A stretch of 63,776 bases of DNA, the filler included, from Rhabdomonas costata (Eukaryota), in NCBI GenBank assembly GCA_019059605.1. It is 49 parts of 49 records of this genome, joined end to end, with 100 filler letters (N's around TTAATTAATTAA, not from the genome) between each part and the next. Parts side by side here need not be neighbours in the genome. Positions count along the whole stretch, not along the records: positions 35,208 to 36,411 come from JAHMHO010023734.1; positions 36,512 to 37,715 come from JAHMHO010023735.1; positions 37,816 to 39,019 come from JAHMHO010023736.1; positions 39,120 to 40,324 come from JAHMHO010023737.1; positions 40,425 to 41,628 come from JAHMHO010023738.1; positions 41,729 to 42,932 come from JAHMHO010023739.1; positions 43,033 to 44,236 come from JAHMHO010023740.1; positions 44,337 to 45,540 come from JAHMHO010023741.1; 41 more parts are not named here. One strand, given 5' to 3'. Positions within the stretch are counted from its first letter, which is position 1. Every line of letters begins with the position of its first letter. The position numbers and the translations under genes were made by a program. The notes under the pieces were generated by a model. It was not told the DNA's origin, made no database searches, and saw nothing but the letters and a program-made list of their open reading frames with translations. This document shows, one piece after another, positions 36,306-49,328 of this stretch.

Positions 36306-39300
36306 GTGTCTGCGAGTTGAGGATTGCATCTGAGTCGGAGTAACACGTAGGCATGGTCGGTACGGACATGCCGTAGTAGAGGATGAAGGCACCGCAGGTA
36401 GAAATGCCCCTNNNNNNNNNNNNNNNNNNNNNNNNNNNNNNNNNNNNNNNNNNNNTTAATTAATTAANNNNNNNNNNNNNNNNNNNNNNNNNNNNNNNNN
36501 NNNNNNNNNNNGGGGTGTGGTGCTCCAGCCTGCGGAGAACCCCATGGTTTGGGTGCTGTCCTGTGCGCTTGTTTCAGGGTTCCTGTTTGGTTTGCGGCAA
36601 GGCGGAGAGCTCGCTGTGTTTTCCAGGGCGGCTCTGGCCTTCTGAAGCTTCACATAGTCCTTTTTGAGGGCGATGTGCGATGCCCCATTTCCATTCCTCA
36701 TTGCTATTCTCACTCTTTTTCCGACTTCTCAAACCATATTGGCTCGTTGTCCATTTATTTAGGCTTGTTAAAAAGATTCAGCTTTGGTATCTCTGGATTG
36801 GCCTGTGGTGGTCCATCCTTCATCTTGGTGCGCAGTTCTTATATTGGCGCGGGGTTGGGAATGTCTCCTTGCTCAGGACCGTTTCTGAGGTCCCGCCCAT
36901 GTTTTTTTTCACTCTCTCTTCACAATGCCGCGGGTGCCCCCCACCTCACCGCCGGGGGCTTGCCAACCACAATCACCCACCCGCTCATCACGCGCGCCTG
37001 GAAACGTCGAATGATGTCACTCCACTATTGTGTGTGTGCATGTGTCCTGGGGAGCGGCAATGGTTGCATTGACTCCGGTTAAGCACGCCTCCTCTCGTAA
37101 AGCCCACCTCCGGTTTCTGGATTTCTATCGGTTCTCCAAAAGCCCACCCAACGTTGTTTAGCAGACACGGGAAGCGACCGGTGCGGCCGCTGCTTACCCT
37201 AGCTGAATATGCCGGGGTGGTTCCACGGCGTGGCCTTTCGCTGAGCATGTGTTGCTGCCGTGTTTTTCCTCGCCACACTTCTGCCACACTTCCCTTCCCA
37301 TACATCGGACTTTGTTCATTTGCTCATCGGGTCCGAAGCTCAAGTTTTTTCAGACTGAGGTGGACAAGCTGTAGGAAATTCGACGTCTGTCGTTTCATAT
37401 TTTGCCCGATAGGGAGATGTCAGGTAACCTCCCTTTTCCTCATCGTCCGTGAGAACGGTGATCCTGTAGAGCTTGCCGCTGCACGGGCACAACTCAACCA
37501 TTGGCACATCTCCGGCGTGGGTTAAGCGCATGTGGGCATTCTGTTGGACGAGCAACTGAGTGATGCATTGAAGTGTTGACGGTGACTAGCGAAGGGGCAA
37601 GTGAAAGTGGTGAACGAGCGGTGCTTCACGTTTAACGCTCCGAAAAAAAGTACACAAGGCCCGTTTCCAACGCTTGCTCCAAAACCAGCCGTCTGTGGAG
37701 GGTGTCCCACCACAANNNNNNNNNNNNNNNNNNNNNNNNNNNNNNNNNNNNNNNNNNNNTTAATTAATTAANNNNNNNNNNNNNNNNNNNNNNNNNNNNN
37801 NNNNNNNNNNNNNNNTTGTTGTGTGTGTATCGTCTTTCCTGCTTCTGTGTGTTGGGCTTTGGCCTTTTCTCGCTTACACTTGAGGCTTCCCCCACCCCTA
37901 GAAGTTTTGGGGTAGTTTTGGGCTTCCTTTCATACTCCGGTGCCTTTGTCTGGTTATTAAGAGCTAATACAATTCTCTACTTGGAAATATTACATTCTCT
38001 TAGCATTTGCTTGTCCAACGCGCAACGCGCCTCTCTTTGACATTCCTTTTTCGGTACTCCTTTTTGCGCCGCTTCCTTCTGAAAAAACCTTTCAAAGCTT
38101 TCCAAAAACAAATGTGCAAATGCGTTATGGTCACGTTGCTTCGCTTTTGCGCCCCCGGATCCGGCGCGGCCACACTTATTATTAACCTGGCCTTCTGAAA
38201 GCCCGGAGAATATCTGTCTTTTTGCGCTCTTTGGGCAGTTGGCGGTCGATCAGGCGAAACCAAGAGCAATTCTCTCGGACCAAGTTGTTGGTCCAAAGGC
38301 GCGCGGCGCGCCTGGAAAGGTTAGTATGGCCGGAACGGTCCCAACACACAAATGGCAAGAAGGGAAGCGATCGCGGGCTCCAACGAACGACTGTGGTCGA
38401 AAACCGGTTGGTGCAGATCCCCCAACCACCAAGAAAAACAGAAAATGTCGTCGGGAAAACGGGGGAAACACGCAGCGTTTTTCGGCACAAAAGATTGTTC
38501 GCAAGCAAACGGCTCTGTTTCGGACGAACCGGGTTTCAGAAGCCGGCCTTTGGTCAGCGCCAATGGTCAGACTTGAAAACCCTAAATCAGCGAACGGCCA
38601 TAAAAGATCAGGCGTGTGTTCCGCCCTGGTTTTTGCTGGTTTTTGGCCTGGAAAATTGGTTTGTCGAAAGACTTTTTCTGAAGAACAACGTTTCAGGAAC
38701 ACAAACCAAAGCAGAGGACGCACAGGCATCTGAGGGTTTGGCGGAAACCAGAAAAAACATTACAGTAATACAGGGGAATGAAATAAAATACATAAATGGT
38801 GATACATAATCGAAAGTTTTGAAGGGAAGGTGGGAAATAAGTGGGTTGTGTTCAACTTTCGGTTTTCGAAAAGAAAATATCCGGTACGAAATTTGATGCC
38901 TGGGTCACAGTGACAAAAGCTGGTGGAATGAAATGGCCAAGCTGAAAATAATACGGATGGATGCAATGTGTGTGAGGTGAGTGTGGATTTCAATTTCTCC
39001 GAATAAAACCCCACCCAAANNNNNNNNNNNNNNNNNNNNNNNNNNNNNNNNNNNNNNNNNNNNTTAATTAATTAANNNNNNNNNNNNNNNNNNNNNNNNN
39101 NNNNNNNNNNNNNNNNNNNGTTTTTTGGGGATAATGATGACGACGACGGCGATCACGATGAGACAATAACAAGGGTGTTGGTACGGCATAATTCCAGAAG
39201 TGTGAGAACCTGAGAACCAAAACATTAAAACCAAAATGGCAAATCGGCCACATTAACCCTGCATGTTGGCTACCTGTGGTTAGAAATGTTCGGTTAGGTT

Positions 39301-42300
39301 TCAGCTGGGCAAGCCACCCTCAGCTGCCGGCTTCGCTTCCACAGCCCAGCGCTCAGCGAAAACGCTCACATAAAGCGGCTCCCTGCTGCGCCATCGTCTG
39401 CTTGGTTTCTAAGGCGGCCGCACTGTCTCAACGTCCGACGGGAGTGGTTGGGCTCTGTCTTGTTCGCTGCACAGCGGAACCTGTCGTGTGTTGTTGGGTA
39501 TGCCTTTTCTTTTGTCTGTCAGCTGGGAGCAAATCCATGGGCCCCCCTCCTTTCTCCGAGTCCCCGCTGTCCACCGTGTGCTGCGTGCAGTTCCATCCGG
39601 AGCTCAACGACAGGTCGCCACCATTAACCTCCCCCCACCCTTCTGTCTTCGTTGGCGGACCTCACCATTGTTTTCTATGCGGTCTGTTTGACCAGTTGCT
39701 TAGGAGGCGATGGAGAAAGGTCAAGACACAGCCGTAGCAGCCTCTTCGTAAAAGCCTATTTTGGCTTCGACTCCCATAGCCACATCAGATCCACCCCGGG
39801 AATTCACCTTTTTGGGTTAGGGTGCCAGGGTAAAAAAACCACACCAATTGGCAAGAAAGAAACATTCATGGGCAGGGGCCCATTCAGTGGTCGAAAACCG
39901 AAAAAGAATCATCGCGGGTGGGCACCCGTTTGTGCGGGCTTGCCCTTTGATGTTGCTGTCGTTTATGGTGTCCATTGAAAAAGAAATTCTCGTCATTGAA
40001 TGGATGTTGATCCACGGACAGCAATTGCACGACTCTGGCATGACAAAACAATTTGAAACAAAAACACAAGGCCCACTAATATGCATAGAGAAGAGGGCGT
40101 GTGAAGGGTATTGACAGGGGAAGGGGAAGAGCCAGAACGGACGGGAATGAACGAGAGAGAGGTATAAAAGTGCGGAAAAAGGCCGCGTCACGAAGGAAGG
40201 GTGAAAGGACGGGAAAGAGAGAGAGGGGAAGCTTTGAATCGATCACACTCACTTACAACAATAGAAAGGGGTTACCACCGGGCAAGTGGTGCTGTTTTTT
40301 TTTCCTCAGGCTTGCCACGGCCTCNNNNNNNNNNNNNNNNNNNNNNNNNNNNNNNNNNNNNNNNNNNNTTAATTAATTAANNNNNNNNNNNNNNNNNNNN
40401 NNNNNNNNNNNNNNNNNNNNNNNNTGGAAGGCCGCGGCCAGCTTGAGCTCCGCGGACCCCTACCCCCTGCGCCTTAGCGTGTTCTTCCGCGCCACAGCGG
40501 TGATGCTTGGGGTCTCCGTCAGCGTCCACCAGGTTTGGTGTCTCTTAGGACCGGTTGGGTCGGTGTCAGGGTCATGGGGTCTTTGCATGGAGCCTGCCCG
40601 CAGAACTTCCCTGAAATAGAGATCTCTAAGGTCGCCGATCAGAGGCAAAGGGTGGTACCGAGGGGGGCACTCACACCCCAAGGGGTGAGGAGGTGTAGCC
40701 ATGGCGAGCTTGAGGAGAAGCACGATCGACAGATTCCGAAGAAGAGGAAATCGTGTGAGAATGGGCATGAGCGAGTCCTGGTCAAAGAATAGATGTGCCC
40801 CGATGGTCCCGTTTTTTTTTCCGATTTGTATTTATATATGTCACAAGAAATCTTTCCAAACGCACCAAGGTGTGCGCATGCTGTCATGCGTTTGCATCGG
40901 TCTTGGTGTCGTGTCAAACTGCATGTCAGCCCCCCCTCCCCGAGGGCCAATGCTAGATGCCTTAGGTTGGGGGCTGATAGTTGCAAAGAATGTATTTTGA
41001 CTGTCGGCCTGAACCCCACTGCACGTTTCTGTGACTTCTCACCCTCCGGAGTCAAGCTCTTTGGCTTCACAGCCGCTAAATTAGAGCACGAGAAAAGGTA
41101 GTGGAGTCCCTTTCTCCGTTTCTTTGCCTTTTCAGCAAAACTTGCTCTCAGTCACCGCGGCACCTCTGAGTGCTGCAGGGAACAGCACCCTCTTGATGCA
41201 GTCCAGCCCCCTGGCGGTCATTGGCGACTGGTGCGCTCTGCCCAACCAGGCCGTGGCGACAGTTACCTCTGCCGTGACTGCTCCCCAGGCATGTGCCGAT
41301 ACCCCCCGACCAAGTTGTCGACAACGTTCGTAAAAGGGGGTGAAGAAGCACGTTCTCCTGAAAACCAACAAAAAAAACAGAACAGAGAAGAGAGGGTTCC
41401 GTGCGCAAATTGAAGGATTCATACTACAGTGCGCTGCAGTGCAGAATTATGTAGCTGCAAGACAGATGTGGTGTGTAGAAAAAATGGAAAGATGAATGCT
41501 CGGCATAGGTAAACTTATTCGACACACAGGATAGAAGAAGAACTGTGAAACCTCACTGGAAACAGCCGTCCTTGATGCACCCCAACAAGCAAAAGAAAGG
41601 GTCAGAGTCATCTGGGAGGTTTGCCCGCNNNNNNNNNNNNNNNNNNNNNNNNNNNNNNNNNNNNNNNNNNNNTTAATTAATTAANNNNNNNNNNNNNNNN
41701 NNNNNNNNNNNNNNNNNNNNNNNNNNNNTTTGTGTTTGTTTTGCATTGCACAGGCTTTTCTGTGTTTTTTGCGTTTCATTTCCAAAGAATTACTTGTTTT
41801 TTGGGTTGACCTAGCCTTGGTGGCAGTTTTGAGTGAAAAGCTCTTTGGTGCGGTATGAACGTCGTTAAATGGCACGTATGCAGTCAAAATCGACCACTTT
41901 ATCGAAAACTTATAAATTAGTTCCGCTTAGTGCTGCTTAAAAATTACCTTTTTCAAAAAATAAAAATCAAGACAACGTTTTGCAAAACTGGATTAAACAT
42001 ACACACTCTTCCACAGTAATCGTCAAGGTTGTTCCATATCGGCACGTTGTAATAGAGAGTTCATTGCAGCCGTGGCGACTTTTCAACACTGAAGTATTGT
42101 GATGAAAGTGGGGCGTTAAATGTGTTTTTCAAAACTTTGTACTCAAGCGCCATTTCAGTGCAATAGCGGCTGTCGTAGACGCGGCACATTTTGCCGCCAT
42201 TTTCCATTTACACTGCACCACAGAGACAAGTTAAGTCATTTTTTATTTTCCCGCTCCCGCGGAACCGTGTAAACGAACCACAACTATTCCACATGTCATC

Positions 42301-43174
42301 GGTCGTGAACTTTCGGAACTTTAGGCAAGAATTACAGGAATCAAGGTTTGTTAGGAATTATGTTTCTCCTTCAACATGCTTGCTTTTAAAATGGCTTCAC
42401 CTGCTTTTGATGAAATGCGAAAAAACCCCCAGTAACCGAAAAGGTCGGCAAGGTATTACTATTCAACCGCCTTAAGTTTAATTAATGAACAAGGACCATC
42501 GAACTTAGGATACGAGGATGTATTGTCATGCTGTCAGACGGTACGTGGCTCTAGCGACTTCTCCGCGCAGCCCACTCGATCCGTAGTCACTTCCGCCAAA
42601 GCTTTCGCTTTGTAGAGCTGTCAACCCACCCATGTGAGAAGACTTTTCCCACTGATTGGCCTCGCTTTTGCCGAGGACCTGGTAGAGACTGGCCACTGCA
42701 GCTGCCCAAGCCTATGGACTGTTTGTCAAATACTCTCGGTAGAAACCGGACACTCCTTCACACCATCTCGGTCGCTTCTCAAACTCTTAACCATATTTGC
42801 TCCGCAACTCCTCTTAATTCGTTAAACTCCACGACCGACTTGCATGCTTTGCCTCTCGCGCCTTACCCCACTTCAAAGGGGACGTGACCGCCTTCTACAC
42901 CAAACACTCGGAAGTGGACTAAACCACCCCCCNNNNNNNNNNNNNNNNNNNNNNNNNNNNNNNNNNNNNNNNNNNNTTAATTAATTAANNNNNNNNNNNN
43001 NNNNNNNNNNNNNNNNNNNNNNNNNNNNNNNNTGTTGCGGGGTGTCGCCCCCCACAAGCACTTGGTGGAAGGATGCGCTGTGCGGGGGGAGGGCGGGAGG
43101 AGGGCGCGGTAATCGTTTGAACGTCACCTCCCGTTTCAATTTTTTTAGGGCGGCTAAACGTCACTGGGAACGTG

Positions 43175-43645
43175 AGGCATGAACGTAGTGAATGCCGACA
43201 CGTATACCCAACAGGAGGAACGCAGTGACGACCGACCACGGAGCAAGGAACGACCGGAGGGAGTGACGCAGCGACCAAGGAGGAACATGAACAGGAGCGC
43301 AGCGAGTGTGAATCTCACTCGCAGCGAGTGAGAGTCGAAGTGACCAAGTGAACAGGAGACACGAGTGCAACGAGAGTCGAGTGTGAATGTGAACCGCATG
43401 ACAACAAGAGGAACAGGAGGCACGAACGAAGTGAGAGCCGAGTGTGTCGTCTGAGAGGAACATGAGTACGAACGAAGTGAGAACGAATGTGACGAACCAT
43501 GACTAATACAGATGAAGGAACACGAACAGGAGACACGAACGACCAACGGGAGCGAGAGTCGAGAGTGAGAGTGACGTAAAGATAGAGGAACAGGAGCATG
43601 AGTACGAGGAACGCAGTGACGAGAACGATTGCGAGTGTGACGACT
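43175..43645 (+). repeat. Purine-rich mosaic repeat
   Basis: Reused words GAGGAACGCAGTGACGA (43215, 43606), GAACAGGAGACACGA, GAACGAAGTGAGA and CATGAGTACGA. Confidence 0.7.
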
Positions 43646-45131
43646 GAATCGCCCATCGTCCTGCGGAGCCCTTTCCCTACACTCCTTACTCCTTTACAAC
43701 CACTATCCCTACATCTGAGTGAGGACGTGATGCTATTCCTGATGTTGATGCGGTTCTGTCGGGGTGCAGTACAGCGCAAGGACTCACACACGGGTTATGG
43801 TGATGCCCTGACTCCGTACCTCGACCACCAACGCTACCACCACCAACAGCAAGGGCTAGCACAGGACGCGTATACCATTACTAATAGGGTAAACACACCC
43901 TACGTTGATGACATACAGGCCCTGTGTCCTACCTCGATGCATAGGGATAGGGTTTAGCATGCGTGTTTTGTGTAAGGTCCGTACGTGGAGAGAGAACCTT
44001 GCCCTCACTTCCAGCGTAGTGGCTTGCACCCAACTCTACGGGACCAGTGAGTGTCTTAGCTGGGATACACGCTCCACCTTCCAGTCGTAATGAGGACAAG
44101 AAGAAGTAAGCGCGAAGAACCAGCACCGACGTGACAACAGAAATCCCGGCTAGGAGCTGAGAGGTTACAAGCTGGACGACAGGATCGCCTCAACAGGTAA
44201 CTCGCCTCTCAGTTCACGAAGCTCAGTGCAGTGCATNNNNNNNNNNNNNNNNNNNNNNNNNNNNNNNNNNNNNNNNNNNNTTAATTAATTAANNNNNNNN
44301 NNNNNNNNNNNNNNNNNNNNNNNNNNNNNNNNNNNNGGGGGGTTGGGGTTGGATTGCATTATGGCTTTTGGAAATGGCATTTGCGGACTGATGCTGCTGC
44401 TTCGTTTAGTACAGGCTTCGTGAGGTTGGTTAAAGGTGTACGGTAAGGTGAGAGCGATGGTGTACAGGCCCTAATTAACAGTGACTGTGACCGCACCGTA
44501 TGATCGCAGATAACTCCAGGGGCTGGGAAAATACAAATGGATGAGACCAGAACGAAACGATTCCACAATTAATTATGTAACGATTAGGTAATTAATTAAT
44601 TTGGAGTATAGAAGGACGACAGCATTGCTTGTTCTTCCATGAATATTTCAAAGATTTAATCGCGCATTTAATGCAGCGAAAACGCACTAGAAATATAAAT
44701 GGATACTTGTTGTCGTGCATATACATGTGTGCAAAACCACGAATCTGGTAAGATGACAACTGAGTAAAATAAAATCCACGCAATTATTGTGCGCAAAACA
44801 AAAACTACGCACCTATTTTTTCTATGAGTTTTTGGCAGCAATCCATTCAAGTTGTAGCAGTTAGGAATTTCCTGCAAACGCAAACAACATACAAAGATTG
44901 ATAGCTTTAAATCGTGAAATGGCATCTGGGGACAAATAAATGGACCAATTAGAATTTTAAAAAATTATCAATCAACCAAAGTTGACGGGCACCAGAAATT
45001 GTCTTTTGCAAAAAAGGTTAAGTGGGTTCTGAGCTTGCGAAAGTCTGCATGGAATCCAATGGGAAATCCGATGGCCCCACATGGAGTCGTAGAACATATT
45101 ATACACCTATATTTGGTTTCTCCTCTCCGCT

Positions 45132-45213
45132 GATCAGGTGGCCGAGTGGTCCAAGGCGTCACGTTAAGGCCGTGATCTTTCCGGGGGCGTGGGTTCGAAC
45201 CCCACCCTAATCA
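45132..45213 (+). tRNA. tRNA-Leu(AAG), 82 nt with long variable arm
   Basis: D arm GCCGAGTGGTCCAAGGC, anticodon arm TCACG-TTAAGGC-CGTGA, T arm GTGGG-TTCGAAC-CCCAC, discriminator A, TTTT just downstream. Confidence 0.96.
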
Positions 45214-46196
45214 TAACTTTTCAAATGCCCTTATGAATGACACACAATGGGTGTGGCCGCAAAAACTCGGTATTTAATTCACGAAAAACGTCTGGTGCGT
45301 TTCCGAGCACCCGCAGAGGACTACTTGGGTGCTGGAAGACCCTGGAAGACCCCCCCTCTCGAAATGAAAAAAGAGCAAAACAAACACTCTCCCTGGAATC
45401 CAATTCCACGCACTGGCACGAGACGAGTTGCGGAGACCCCAATTGAACCTGCGACTCTTGGCACCTGTGCCACATACTTACCCCCCTGCGCCCCTTCTTA
45501 AGTTAATTACCGATGCGCGAAAAAGTGATAAGAACCCCCCNNNNNNNNNNNNNNNNNNNNNNNNNNNNNNNNNNNNNNNNNNNNTTAATTAATTAANNNN
45601 NNNNNNNNNNNNNNNNNNNNNNNNNNNNNNNNNNNNNNNNGGGTGTGTGGTGCTTTCCCTATTTTTTTTTGAAACACCGCTCTTCTGCCGGTTGATTTTC
45701 TGGCTGTATAAAGAAACTTGTCCATGGAGAAATTTCGAAATGTCGCTGTGGACACCGGGACCCACTTCACCCACTTTTTTAATACTTGGGTTTTGTGGCA
45801 AAGCGCGAACAATTTTCAACTGTGGGTAGGTTTTCGGAAAGAAAAATTAGTCCTACCGTCCTACCGATGTAATCACTCATCTGGATAGGTACGTATACAG
45901 GGTGGGGTTAACAAGAACCTTTTAAAAACGTTTTGTTGATCCCCAAGGGACCGTGTGCATACAGTATGAAGGAATGCTCCAAAAACCCAGGGTTAAAAGC
46001 GCAGCAAAAAAAAAGGTAAAATGATGGCAAGTGACAATTAGTGACCATGTCCTGGGTGGGTGAAAGAAACGTGTCCATGGGGATATATCTCACATATCAG
46101 GGACAGAGACCGCAGCTTGTGCTCCCTAGCATCCCCACGATTCACGAAACCTGGTCCAGGCTGTGGTCTTTTTTTTTCCGTTGTCATCTTGGTCAG

Positions 46197-46366
46197 CGGC
46201 GGGGTCGTCCAGCCTTACTCTGGACCGCCAACTCGTGATCGACCGCAGCCGCAACTTCGCCTTCGCTGTGAGTATTGACCCCAGCTCCGTGAGAGTTGCC
46301 CCCGCTAAGCATGGTGGTGGTGGTGAGGTGGACTCTGCACAGCTGGTGTTTATCATTGACACCAAG
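46197..46366 (+). CDS. Probable exon of an unknown protein
   Basis: Pyrimidine tract and CAG, frame LTLDRQLVIDRSRNFAFAVSIDP...LVFIIDTK, AAG|GT donor. Confidence 0.45.
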
Positions 46367-48333
46367 GTGGCCTGCCCTCACCCTCACCCTCCCCTCCCCT
46401 GCCGTGTCTGCTGTGGTGCAGATCGGGGTTGGACCAATTCCGAGCAACCCACCCTCGCTCCAGCGCCATCCCCACGGTGACCAAATATCCTTTTGACAAG
46501 CACGTAGAAATGGAAACTTTTGCACCATTCATCATCGTTTCTGGAACGTCCTCACCCTCTTCGATGGCCACCACCAGCTTTATTACGAGCTTTGATGTGA
46601 TTTTTGGTTCGTATAAAGTTTGGCTCCGATGCAAAAGCGCAGCCTTTAAGTGGCAAGGAAACGCTTTTTTTTTTTTTGCTAAGGTGACTTTTCTCGGTTG
46701 TGGCGGATTTTTCGTTGATGCGTGCCCATCAAGCCCTGGTTGTAATGCACCAGCGAGATTTCCTGTGGACCTCCGTTTAGTAGAAGACACAGACACACAC
46801 TCACACACAGACCCGAATGCGACAGTTCCGGCTGCACACAAAAANNNNNNNNNNNNNNNNNNNNNNNNNNNNNNNNNNNNNNNNNNNNTTAATTAATTAA
46901 NNNNNNNNNNNNNNNNNNNNNNNNNNNNNNNNNNNNNNNNNNNNGTTGTGTGGTTTCGAGCGGCCCAAGAAAATTATTCGGCTTCTGTTTTTATTGGTCC
47001 GACTGTATTGTACCCTGTATTGTATTCTGGTTGAGCAGGTTTCTATAACGGGCTGGCAATTGGTACCGGTGTCGTCAATTCGCCTTGGCAAATACATCTG
47101 GAAAAAAATATATACGGTATGTGATTTGGATTGGAGCGTATCATAAAAATCTGCGGTTTCTCTCAGGTGTGGAAAAGGATGGGGGAGGGAGGCTGTCTTG
47201 GCTGCTTGAGGGCACAAAAAGGGGACATTTTCTGGTGTTTCACGAGGATATATGCCCGTATCATCTCAAAAGTATGAGGTTAGGGTAGACACACACGGGC
47301 CGAAAAGAGGCAAAAACACTTCCAGGCAAAACCAGTTTATTCACCCCCCCCCCCTTTTTTTAGCTTCGAAGTCCGAAAATCCATGATTCAAAGTGCAACT
47401 TTTTCATTTGTAACTTTTTGAGGTGACGCGGACAATAAGATAACAGCGAATTGACGTTTCGACTGTTGGCTTCCTTAGCGGACTGCAGGGGTTGAAAGCG
47501 AATGCGCAAGCGAAATGGACACAGTTGATTTTGGGGATCAGGTCGTTGGGCGGGGCAGGAATGCCGCAGGTCATGTGAAGCATACATGCAAAAGAACTGA
47601 ACCGTCTGCTGTCCCAAACTCAGCGGTACAACACGGCCAAAAATCGACACACCGCGGCAAAAAGCAAAAAGCAAACCACCGCAAATGTGTTTGTGGGGAG
47701 ATCTGAGCGGCGAGTTGGCAGCCGCTTCACCCAACCGATTCGGCTCGGAAGAGAAACCCAAACACTGTGACAAGGCCAGGCAAAGCCAACAGTGCCCCTG
47801 AGAAGAGATGCAAAGGAAAGCAACGGGTTCTTGTGGCGCACAACGAAGGAGGACCACACAGATGAACAGCGTCCACCCCACAAAAACTCAATATCACAAA
47901 TCTACGTCAAATGTCCCACCAAGCCTACCCAAGGCTGTGTGGGTTGCGTACATGCCTGCAAGTAATGAACACAGGCGGGGTGACGTCACACCGCCAACAC
48001 ATTAACATGGGAGCGTGCTCACATGCTCAGCCCGCGTCTGCCTCTCGAGCACAAATTGCTCGTTGAGGCGTAGCGTCAAAGGAAAAACGCAATCACACCC
48101 CTGCGGCAACCGCGTGACGCTAAAATAATCCCTCCCCCCAACCCCCCCNNNNNNNNNNNNNNNNNNNNNNNNNNNNNNNNNNNNNNNNNNNNTTAATTAA
48201 TTAANNNNNNNNNNNNNNNNNNNNNNNNNNNNNNNNNNNNNNNNNNNNGGGTTTTTGGCAAAAAAGCAGTGAGGAGGAAAAGGAGGAGGAGTGGTGGGGG
48301 ATTGAGATAAAGAGCAAGGGCTGCAGAGCGTAC

Positions 48334-49328
48334 CCACGCTTGCTTCTCTTCCTCTGAAGCACCTTGAGCCAGAGCCTGAGCCTGTAACTCCTGAAGCCTG
48401 GTCTCCAGCTGAAACCGAAAGAAATTCCGAATACACTCGCGTACTTCCAAGAGGACCAATGTTTTTTTTCCTAATTAAAAGGAATTTAAAGGAATTTAAC
48501 AACACCTCTATTTAAGTATCCTCTCCCTCCAGAAAGTGCCGGTGAAGAAAATTTTGGTTAAGGGGGCGACGTAAAATATCACCCTTCACCGTTCAGTTCT
48601 CAAACGAAACTTAATTGACCACAGCCGACTGCACCGACTGCACAGGTCTAGGAAGCAACGTCCAACAGGCAAGACGCTTCTGTGTGGGAGTGGTAGGGGT
48701 GTCACCTGCTTGAATTTCTCCAGCATGGCAGTGGCGCTTTCCGCCTTTCGGCCAAACGCCTGGCGGACCTCCTCATACAGGCTGGGGTCTTCCGCCAGCT
48801 TTTGGTACTCCTGCAAAGAGCAAAATAAAAGTTACTCTGCTCAGTACTTCAGCCTGTAATTGGTGGTTTGCTTGTGCCTGGTTTGGTGCCCGCTTTTTCT
48901 TTCCTGACGATCCTTCCAATCTTGGGAATTAGCTGCGCTGTGTGCTGACTGCGCCCCAAGGCGGGCGAGTGACTCCGGTACGCACCATTATTCTCCGCCG
49001 CTGTGCTGTACTGACTTGCCACTGCTGTATTGTGGTTCCTCTGTGCCCTTTCCATTTGCAGCAGTGGAACTGCTATTCCCAGGTACTCCCCTCCTTCTGC
49101 TCCTTTTGTGGCATCATTTGCAGCCAGCCGTTGCTCCGTGATCCGAATGCGGCACTTCCTGGCGAGAGCAAAGTTCGAAAAGATAAGCGGACGGAGGGTG
49201 ACGAGTTTGGTAAGTTTCTTTGACAAAGGGAAGCCACCGCAGCACCTCGTTGCACAAACCTGTCGCTTGGCTTCCCAGGTTCTGGCCCACTGCTGCCGCG
49301 CCGCCAGTTCAGCACCAGACTGCAACAC
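48334..49328 (-). CDS. Unknown helical/coiled-coil protein; phase-0 exons 49328-49260, 48810-48706, 48408-48334
   Basis: Three AG/GT-bounded exons of 69, 105 and 75 nt, all open (EYQKLAEDPSLYEEVRQAF; LETRLQELQAQ). Confidence 0.7.

Noticed and set aside
38182..38809. Several overlapping 100-195 aa ORFs on both strands
   Set aside because: No motif, codon bias or splice pattern that I can support
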